NCBI GenBank assembly: GCA_030141605.1
Contig: JAQGDQ010000099.1
Coordinates: 513,194-577,193 of the forward strand
Origin: Tubiluchus corallicola
Taxonomy: Eukaryota > Animalia > Priapulida
Reading direction: 5' to 3'
DNA: 64,000 nucleotides
Both the position numbers and the translations under genes were made by a program. Below are positions 42,801-64,000 of the stretch, piece after piece. Numbering within the stretch: the stretch's first letter is position 1; each line of letters opens with the position of its first letter. Under the pieces are notes generated by a model. That model saw nothing but the letters and a program-made list of their open reading frames with translations. It ran no database searches and was not told the origin of the DNA.

Positions 42801-45095
42801 CAAAACTCTGGTAAATTTTACAAAGCTAGATAAGCCTAGGACTTAGGGTCTCCATAAAAAATTCTATGCAGAAGTTAGAAACAATCCAATCACATTAGTT
42901 TTTTTATTCTGCTAGTTTCATTGCTTTACTGTGTGTGAATTTATCATTGCAGAGCACAAGCAGGGATGGCCAGAAAATCGGATCTCGCTCTAAAGAGGGA
43001 AGAAGCCAAGAGACGAAGGGAAGAGCGGCTAAAACAGAAACACAACATGACAAAAGGTAATCAGGTCTATCTCGAACTATTACGCAGTAGTTACAATTTT
43101 GGGCATTGCATATGTAGTAACAGCTAACGTTGTGTATTTTGGTATGTATATTCTGCTGCTGCTGAAACAAAGAGTGTGTCAAAAATAAGTCCCTTTTCCT
43201 TTTTGTTTTTGCTTATCTTGTATTAAGCAGTACAGTAGGTGCTGCTTAATAGACTCACTTTGTGATGGAACTATTTTAACCTACTTAACAGACTAAATCT
43301 ATTAACCAATAGGTGCAGTATTACTAGTACTAGTAATCATGGTTCAGCTTAGAATGGTGCGTGCTTGTGGGCGGACGGGCGGGCGTTCATGTATATACAT
43401 ATGTATGCATGTATATTCTGATAGACCCTCTTTGCGACAGAATTACAAGCTAAATTTATACAATGAAAATCAAATTACAGCAAAATTATAATTTGCCAAT
43501 GATTAATTTGGGCAGCTCCTGAAACCACCCCTTACTTTTAAGAATTCTGCAATGGCTGTGCCTGTATTGTTGTTAACTAGGTCGCTAAAAGAAACTTCCC
43601 TAAAGGTGGCAGTTCAACTGAGCTTAATGAAATTATGATTTCAGAAGCGCAAGTCGTTCGAACTTTACCCGAAGCCGAGCAGAATGGAGCCTGCTCAGAG
43701 AATAGTTCTGATGTCAGTTCTCCTGACAGGTTACAGCCCTGGAACTATGAACAACCCTGGAACGACGACAGTGACTTGTCTGCTGCAGAAACAGGCACAG
43801 AAGTATCAAAAGCATCAATTGACGTAGTTGATGCAATTAATAAAACTGAAATAAGTCATGCGCACAAACTGACCTTGTTAGAACTAGCAAATATGCATTC
43901 GTCGGGGGGAAGCTCATCAGCTTGCAAAACGAAGCCGGAACACAAAGTGAAATCAAAAGGTGCATTAAAACTTGGTGATAAATCTACCCCTTCGGCTTTG
44001 CCGTCTGCCAAATCCACTCAACAATCTGTCCATTCCAAACCTAGGAAGCCAAGCTCACCGAAAAAACTTCTTGGTGATTCGAAAAAAATAAGTGTTAAGA
44101 AACCTAAGAATGATCAGCTTGGTGCAGAATATGACGTTTTATCGGTCGAAATTAAGACTAAACCACAAAGAAAGGATATTGATTTTTTTTCGGCTATAGC
44201 TGAAGAACTGAATGTCGATAGTGGTGAACTGGCTCTGGGGGTGGGGAAATCTCTGTCACTAGAAGAAGCTCCGAGAAGCAACCTCTTTGCTGCGGCTGAT
44301 GATAGTCAGGTAAGAGTCTAGTCTCGCATAAGTGTAAGTCACCTGCTGTGTGATTTTTGGAGGCGAAATGATGAAAGCTTTTTGATAAATTAATAATTAT
44401 AAAATTCAGTTTATAAAGTGAATTTTAAGTTAAGTACTTTCATATGTCAGAACTACATTCTTGTACTGAATTTAATTGAATTTTGTATTTGTCTCATACA
44501 AAAACAATATACAGCAAAGTGTTAGTGACAAAGTAATAGTTAACGAGAGAGATGGGGTGAAGAAAGACACAACGGTCACCAAGCATCCACCCTCACTCAT
44601 GATTCTGTGTGATAAAAGTGTAAGTTAGTGGCGTTAGTATATAAGAAACTTGTTTTTTTTAATTAGAATTCTTATTATTTGTCAACAACAATATAAACAT
44701 TTATGGAGGAGGTAACACTTGATTAGATTATATAGAGGTGCGCGCTGTTGTTAAATATACAGATGGGAACTAAATGACTATATTATTATCCTAGAGGGCA
44801 AGTTGTTGAAAATGAGAAACAAAAAGATGATGATGATGTTAAATCACTTTTAGTGAAAAATTTACGCTTCAGTGATGTGAATATAAACAATCTGCGCTTT
44901 CATCTTTAGTGCATCGTTAAGTGGTCTTTAAATTTTTAATTTTTGTCGCATATTTTACGAAAATTTGTTTTGTGGGCTTACTAAAATAATCGTGTTTTTG
45001 TTAACATTGTGTGATTATATTGTGAATGTTGTTTCAATCATTTTTTATAGGCTACTGGCGGATGGGAAGATGATATGAAATGGGAAGACTTCTGA
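30834..45095 (+). CDS. SCYL3: SCY1-like pseudokinase 3 (PACE-1), ~747 aa
   Basis: Exons 30834-31028, 32473-32658, 34456-34626, 35711-35916, 38125-38202, 38499-38638, 40337-40536, 41154-41294, 41910-42022, 42953-43056, 43645-44309 and 45051-45095 total 2244 nt. N-myristoylation-type start MGNEYS; motifs [45 protein letters not shown]; HEAT region VRLLLLKHF; C-terminus [11 protein letters not shown]. Confidence 0.92.
31967..32203. mobile_element. Palindromic MITE (partial copy at ~1708-1860)
   Basis: GTTCAGACTAGTGAG ... CTCACTAGTCTGAA inverted ends with internal AAACTCGCAAG / CTTGTGAGTTT symmetry. Confidence 0.65.
36106..36300. mobile_element. Small inverted-repeat element (MITE-like)
   Basis: ATTAATTAATTGTGACTGTAATTGC ... 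GCAATCACAGTCATAATTAATTAAT. Confidence 0.55.
38720..39156 (+). mobile_element. L2/CR1-type LINE 3' end fragment
   Basis: Reads [43 protein letters not shown], a typical L2/CR1 ORF2 C-terminus. It is followed by a 3' UTR, AATAAA and a (TTATA)n tail. Confidence 0.8.
40697..41014. mobile_element. piggyBac-like MITE (decayed)
   Basis: TTAA|CTCTTATG ... CGTAAGAG|TAAA ends. Confidence 0.45.
42678..42805. repeat. Minisatellite, 35-bp unit, ~3.7 copies
   Basis: AGATTCTGTGGACTGTTTTCAAAAAGTGAACCACC-like unit repeated in tandem. Confidence 0.85.
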
Positions 45096-46255
45096 TTCAT
45101 TTCCATCCTAGTAAATGAACTTTTTAGCAATTTTTCGATAGTTGGCATCATCATCATTACGATCATCGTTGTAAATCATATCTGTAATATGATCATGCAA
45201 TAACAGTGACAGAGCTCCTTCAGTCCTCCTGCTAGGGAACTACGGCTAACCAGGTGCATGTAATAATGATCTGATCAGAGCTACCTTGTTGCATGTAGAG
45301 TAGGTAGTGAGTGCAAAAACAGTGTGTTAAATACACGAAAGAGCCAGCATTAGGAATCGACATGCTTATTAAGCGCAGACGATTGTTTCAACTTAGCAGT
45401 CATTCTCAATGCTATAAATCAAGCCATAAAGGAATAATCAGTACGTTTGATAATGCAATGTTAATGCACACAACATTTCAATACAAAATCCAAGAACATT
45501 GAATTCAGTGAATTCTATTCTTTGATTTTGTATTGATATATTGTGTTCCTTAATATTGTAGTATCAAATGTACTAATTGTTCCTTTTTGGTTTGATTTAT
45601 AGTATTGAAAATGAATGCTAAGTCGAAACGATCGTCTGTGTTTAATAAACATGTTGACTTTGTTAAATATTCATTAAAACTACAGTTTTGCAATGCTACT
45701 CCTCAACAGGCACTAAGGTTGAAATCCAAAGACTGCATGCTTTTTTAACTGTATTTAGACCTTTTTGGTTGATCTGAAAAGTAATTGTTCAATTGTGCCA
45801 TTTGTGATTTGAAGTCCCGAAATTCCGTGATTTGACTTTCTTAATTTGCAAGTAGTTTTTACCGTGTGCAGTTTATGTTAGAAAATTTGTAATTATTAGA
45901 TTATGCTGTTGAATGTGTAGAGTTTACTCTTAAAACCTCAAAATTGCACAAATTGTTGTCAAAGCTGTGTAAATCTTAATTGGTGATGGTAGTATAGTCT
46001 TGTAAGTTAACCAATGCCAGTTCCGGCAAACATTGGTGTATTAGTAATCACAGATAGTGTTTTGCATTTTGGAACAAGTCCATGCCACAAACTGTTGATG
46101 TCGTAAATTATTTAACGAAGAAATGCCTGCAAATTTTCTATTGTGAATCGGGGACCAATCCATATCACTCATCCCCTTGATATCATGCAGATATGCACCG
46201 AAGTTTCAGTGACTGTTAGCCCTTCATAATCATAAATCATAAGGTTAGTAAACAT

Positions 46256-46611
46256 TAGGGGTGAGCATTCTCTATCATAAAGCAAATTCAAGTTGAATTG
46301 AATTTTGAGTTTCAAAATCGAATCAAACCGAATTTCAAGAGTTTGAATCCAAATTGAATTTAAAAGATTTTCAAATCATTAATAAAAAGCATCTTTGCAC
46401 TGATCATGTCTATTACTTGATTTTGTTCTGCAGTAAAACACTAATAATTTGTTTAAAAATAGTGCATAGAAATTGCAGCTCAATTGTGTGGATTACATGA
46501 ATGTTTCAAATAGTTGAAATTGAAGTGGTGAATTATTCAAATACATAATTTTATTGTTCAAGCTAAAAAAACGCATTCTAATAGAATTCGAAAGTTTGAT
46601 TCTCACCCCTA
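46256..46611. mobile_element. hAT-like MITE (related decayed copy at ~42250-42600)
   Basis: TIRs TAGGGGTGAG ... CTCACCCCTA; 8-bp TSD GTAAACAT / GTAATCAT (7/8 match). Confidence 0.8.
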
Positions 46612-48054
46612 GTAATCATGAGATTTTAAGCAGAAAGAAATTGCAGAGTTTCGCATGCTGTATTACATATATCCGGCAATCGCTAGATCTGTTGTTTTAT
46701 TATTTCTGATCTACCCAGTTATTTTAGTTTAAAAATTTTGATATAATTATTGTTGACACCTAAGCTATTAGCCGTGCTATTTATTATGCAATTGTGAAAT
46801 ATTTATTGAGTATGTGTGTTTAATAATATGTGCCAGTGTGGTTTCAGTTATACATGGGAATGGCTTATTTTATGCGGTGCTAATGCTATTTTTAAGGTGC
46901 TTAGTCGCAATTTTTGTGCTACCGTTCAGTGCTACCATCTATAGTAATTTCATGTTGTACACGGTGCTAAACTCTTGTTGCACTCCTTTTTCATTTGGAG
47001 GATTAAAAGTCTTACCTGCAATAAGCCTTTCCACAGTTTTGTTGCACGCATGTGCAGTTGCTGTAGTGTACCACAGTAACATGTCTTAACTATAACCATC
47101 ATCTGACATTTGTAAAGCTAACCGGTCGGCCACATCAGTTCAGTAAGTTCAATTGTTTTACGTGGATTTTACTTAATTATGCATTAGTCTGTGCATACAG
47201 TGATTTACTAGCAGGATCTTGTTTGGGAACAAGAAAAAATGAACTAGGTAAGGTACTAGCTAGCTGTTAACTGTTACTATTACAATAGCATGGGCTGCAA
47301 GGCGTTGTCTAGTGTACACAAATGCGTTCTGGTACACTTAACCTTTTCACGATTATCATCAATCACTGGAACTGTGAAGATCATCATCAATCACAGGAAC
47401 TGTGAAGAGGCTTATTGCAATGAATGCACATTGTTTTTAGTTTTGTAATTTCTATCGTTATTCGAAAAAGAAATGATAATGGATTCTGGTTTTTATTATA
47501 ACCATCTTTTCTATATTGTATCCTAATGATAGATCGAAGCACATTATTTAATTTGTGACAAAATCAGTAGGTGCAGTTGTACGTACTTCATCATGCAAGG
47601 ATATTTTTTATAAGCACAAACCATAATTCATCTGCAACTGACAAACTTTTCTGAAATGTAGAATTTCAAAGGTGTATCTTTCTATAACAAATACGAAGAA
47701 TTTATGGCCGAGTGCAAAATTTATCTGCCATAGAGATGTATTGTTCAGCAGTATCATAAAACAATTTGTGACCGAAGATTCCAAATATTTGGAACAACTA
47801 CTAAAATTATGTTAGAAACATTCTCAGTGCACACATTTAGTGGTCTCCAAACACTGCGCAAAAATATAAAATGCAGCAGATTCATTAAAATTTCTTTCTT
47901 GAATAGTTGAGCATATAATGAGTACATATAAGATAGGAACCAATCACGTTTATAAAATTGTGTAATTAACTGTTACGTAATTTTTTCTAATAAAACACCA
48001 TGGAAAACATGATTCGTTCGAATTTATTTATTGCCCATTTTTACATGATTTATT

Positions 48055-60140
<12,086 letters not shown>

Positions 60141-60150
<10 letters not shown>

Positions 60151-60260
60151 AGTAGAAAGTTTCCTCTTTTATTTGAGGAGTTTGTTTCAGGTAGCTTCGG
60201 CTGGAGGCTGACTCACCGGAAAAGGATGTTAAGTGCGATTACTGCGCCGCCTATAATTTC
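60141..60260 (-). promoter_or_regulatory. TCT/5'TOP-type transcription start and ATG-only first exon (RPL5, shared with IPMK)
   Basis: Minus strand reads TCCTTTTCC (60226-60218), then ~75 nt of ATG-free leader, then ATG|GTAAGTA (60150-60141). The region just upstream is locally CpG-rich. Confidence 0.8.
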
Positions 60261-61205
60261 CGCTCGTAACTCGTATATTTTTGCGAAGCATGTTTGTGTG
60301 AATTTTGTTCAAATTTTACTGATTTTTTGAAATGAACCTTGATCACTTAACAGAAGCTGATGTTGAATTCCTTACGTTCAATTTCTTGTCGGAAGATGAC
60401 AGAAGTACACTTATTGGTAAAATTTCAACAGTTTTCTTGTAGTTAATAGTTGCTCATCTTTGTGATTTCTGGCTTTGTTCTTTGAGTTTGATGTTATTGA
60501 CAAACTTCCAAATGTCTGATAGACTAAGCAGTTAGAATAGTTATTGTTGCCAGCATTTGCATGATCGGGAAAAACTGAGCAAGCAAAAAATAGTGACAAA
60601 TTTTAACTCTGCATTAATTATTGTGAAAATTAAAGTACAAATTGTGTTAGTTTTTCAACTACGTGCTTTAAAAAAAGTTTATTGCTGCTTTATAAGGCAG
60701 TTTTGAACAGTTCCTTGCATTTACGTAATGCGTGAGTATAAGGTATAGTAAATTCATCTCGTAGTTTTACCATATCATTAATTGACAGTTTTTTGAAAAT
60801 AATTTTACCATATCTCTGTGAATTTGACAAACTGGCACTCCATTTTTGTACACGTCATCATCGTGGGGAGTTGCTGAAGCCAAGGTGCAGAATTAGAGCC
60901 CCTCACTTGGTGTAAATTCACTAAAATGAAATATTCATTAAGCTGTTAAATGATGTGGGCACTGTGTACTGTAACATTAGTTTATATTAGAATATGCTGC
61001 TTATTGGCAACGTATGTTCAGAAAATATTTTGACTGCACTGTGTTGCACCTTTCTGATGTTATCTACAGCTGCTACTGAACAATGCTATTATGGTCTCCA
61101 ACATTGGACCTTACAGACACTTAATATTGTGGATTTTGAGCTTGTGAAGGAATTTCATTTTGATGATTGTATTGTTCATGAACAACAGTGCATTGTAGCC
61201 ATTAA

Positions 61206-61714
61206 AGCACAAGAAAGCACTCTTCCTAAATAAAGCTTAAAAAATTCGTCTTGACATTTTACATCACTTACATGCTATGTTATTGCATGCAGGGTTTGCG
61301 TTAGCAGGGTTACATAGGGATAACTCTTTGTAAAATTGCTAAATTTAAACTCTTGTGATTACAGTTAGGCGTAACCATTTTAATGGTAAGTCATTTGAAA
61401 CAAGTTTTATTTGCATTGCATCAAGTTTTAAAAAATAATCAGAGAATTTGTGGCACGCTGTTTGCTAACTAGGCAAAAGTTTAAATTGCTTTATATTGTC
61501 AGTGAAATCAATAATGTGTTTTTCGGTATATTGATAGTGCACACTGGGTTGGCGATGCAGTGCCGTTTTACCAATTGGCACAAATATTTTAAATTGTTAA
61601 GAATTTTCTTTTTCAACTACACGAAATTTTCAAACAGATAAGCATAATGTAAAGTAATATAGCAGTTATGGAAAGATATTCAGGATATACTTTAAAATTC
61701 CATTTTCTTCCCCT
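61206..61714. mobile_element. TTAA-flanked non-autonomous DNA transposon, copy 2 (inverted)
   Basis: Reverse-complement match to 24299-24776; TTAA|AGCACAAGAAA ... TTTTCTTCCCCT|TTAG. Confidence 0.75.
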
Positions 61715-61995
61715 TTAGATTTTCAGATAGTTGAAGGATGGATAACTGAGTTTAATTACGAAGAATGTTAAAGTTAAGGCCTGCAAAGTCTGGAAATAAC
61801 TGTACATGGTTGACAGTATGTAATGTTGTTTACACATATGTTAAGTTGTATGATATTAATGTTCTTTTTTAACCATACCATCATTAGTTGGTGCAAAGGT
61901 TAGGACCTGTTCATTTGAGTTCTTGTCCAGAACGAGATGAAATTATAATCACAAAACATGGCAGAGGTGTCATGGGTTTGGGCAAGACTTGGTGA

Positions 61996-63059
61996 TTTAT
62001 TGTCAGAACCGTGAATGTGAGTCAAAAGTAGGCTGACTGTTCGCGGCTTGTCTATTTTGATATTTGTGGAGGTAGACCTGGTGTGAGCTGGGCAAGTACG
62101 GACGGTCAGTAGGTCCATGGGTAAACCACTTTGTATTTGATCTGGGTGGTTTCATTTGCCATGCTGTTTTTGCCATCAGCCTCATACTAGAAGCTGTATA
62201 CATATGTGAACATGGCTGAGACACCTCTGCTAGTGTAGTGCCTCTTCCTGGAGGCATTGGCTTGATAATGAGCTGGATCCTGGTCTCACCACAATTATCC
62301 AATTTGTGTAGAGAACCTGTCACTGAATGCTGGATTCTGTATTGTTAAAAAAAAACAGTTATGAAGTTTTCAACAGTTTGCATCTGATAGATCTATACTA
62401 ATTGCTTATGAGTAAGCTTGCTACTTGGATCTATATTTTAAAAAAATACCTGTCTTGTTACAACATGTGTTAAATCATTGAGATTTTCCACTTTTAATCA
62501 ATTTTGAATCTTGTGTAATAAGTTTTCTTTTGTTGTTGTGTGGGGTTACATTTTCATCCTTACCAGACGAATTGGGAATATATTGCAAGTTTCAACTGTG
62601 CCCGCGTGGTAAATGTGATGCCAAGCTATGATGTGTAAATATAAGTTGGATATTATCATTTTTAGTATCCTCTAGTCATGTAGTATCGTACTAAAAATTG
62701 TAATGTTTCGACTTTGTTTCATGTTACTGCAGTAAATTTTGTAAAATTAATTACTATTTATATCCACTTAAACATCATGAATGCTACTTACCTTATGTAA
62801 CTAATTACAATCCCATTTTGTTTTTTTAAAGTAGTAAAGTTTATTTTCAAATGCATAACAATTATAATTTAAAACATTAAAACGGTCAAGTTTAAAAAGT
62901 ATAGTATTACTTAAAAGACAAAAAAGGGGTACTTGAAGTAGGTTTCAGAAAAATTATATTACTTTAGAACAATTTATTGCACATGTCGGACTCACGTTGA
63001 AACAATTTTTTGTTAGTTTCCGTTTTAAATCTCCCGCAGTACTGTTCTGACCATGCCAT
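61996..63059 (-). other. Candidate three-exon transcription unit (small protein, lncRNA or pseudogene)
   Basis: GC-richer blocks 63059-62996, 62625-62564 and 62336-~61996, bounded by GTGAGT and GTAAGG donors and CATAG and TACAG acceptors. AATAAA at 62001-61996. No recognisable homology. Confidence 0.35.
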
Positions 63060-63099
63060 TACATGACGTCATATACGCGTAATGTATATCAGGGGAAGA

Positions 63100-63800
63100 A
63101 AAGGAAAAGGAAATGTTAAACTATGTCCCAAAAAACTTGTCTCACCGAACATAGCCGTAAATCAATCAAAAACTGTAAATTTCTTAGGTGTTCGTGTAGA
63201 TAGTAAATTTACTTGGGATGAGCATTTTGCTAACACATACAACAAAATGGCCTCAAGCACATCTGTTCTTCCACAGGTTAGGGCCAGCTATCCTAGCAGA
63301 CTAATATTTTAATTTATAAGACATTAATTTTACCTCACTACTTGTAAGGCTGCTTGCTTTTTCACAAAATTGAAAAAAGAAAATTTCTCAAAACTCAACT
63401 TGCTTCAAAACTATGCCTTATATCTGGTTATTCTCATAAGAAATCATCAAATAATCCATACAGTTTAGCAACTGAATTGAGGTCAGCTACAAAAATTCCT
63501 ATTCTTGAGTCACATACGGATTATTCCACTCTTATTTTACTGTACAAATACGTTCATAACGTAAATGTACCCTTCTTCTGGTACAACATATTACCTTTTC
63601 TTGCGATCCCTGTTTTAAATTCCAGAACTCATAATATTAAGTAAATTAGGACTAACAACTCTTATGGTCATAACTCATATACTAAGCAAGCAGTAAATCT
63701 TTGGAACTCATTACCGGTCAAAATGAATAGAGCTGAATCACTAGCACAATTCAAAATGTTAAATAGAAGACACACAATGGAAAGATTCGAATAATCAAAA
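63100..63800 (+). mobile_element. Decayed non-LTR retrotransposon (CR1/L2-like) ORF2 3' fragment
   Basis: TVNFLGVRVDSKFTWDEH (RT thumb motif), YKTLILPH and AVNLWNSLP..SLAQFK, broken by stops and frameshifts. Confidence 0.8.
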
Positions 63801-64000
63801 TGATAATATCAGCTCGAGTTCTAACTTTATTTACCCCCAAATTTATTAAAAGCATGTTATGTGTATTCATTTGTTGACTAAAATTTAAGTGTATTACTGT
63901 AGCATTTGAACATTTTTGTAATACTTTTGGTTATGTAGTATTTGCAATGTTTTATATTTGCACGGTGTTTATTTGAAGCTATATACATATATGTGTACAT

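Noticed and set aside
42678-42805. 35-bp periodic repeats resembling a CRISPR array
   Set aside because: The units are contiguous with no unique spacers, in a eukaryotic intron. This is an ordinary minisatellite.
62334-62566. TG|A formed at the exon junction of the candidate unit, read as a selenocysteine codon leading into the long ORF
   Set aside because: That frame has no upstream start codon, and AATAAA follows the stop immediately, leaving no evident room for a SECIS element.
62660-62707. Hairpin ATTTTTAGTA...TACTAAAAAT as a possible pre-miRNA
   Set aside because: Only about 10 AT-rich base pairs with a poorly paired centre; insufficient for a miRNA call.

Overview
AT-rich, intron-containing animal (probably invertebrate) genomic DNA. 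Six conserved genes can be assembled by hand from GT-AG exons. In order: the 5' part of Drosha (minus strand, runs off the left edge), an IU-type nucleoside hydrolase (+), a uridine-cytidine kinase (-), SCYL3 (+), ribosomal protein L5 (-) and inositol polyphosphate multikinase (IPMK, -). Introns and intergenic regions hold many short non-autonomous DNA transposons (hAT-, Tc1/mariner- and TTAA-type) and LINE fragments. The main finding is that the IPMK coding exon lies inside RPL5 intron 1 on the same strand and has no start codon ahead of its conserved N-terminal motif. A phase-0 acceptor opens that exon, and it fits the ATG-only, 5'TOP-bearing first exon of RPL5. One promoter and one ATG therefore appear to produce either a ribosomal protein or an inositol kinase by alternative splicing. 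Secondary findings are a UCK with substituted catalytic residues, a hAT MITE whose target duplication is the RPL5 splice donor, and an unexplained three-exon unit near the right end. All gene models were read manually and have no expression support.
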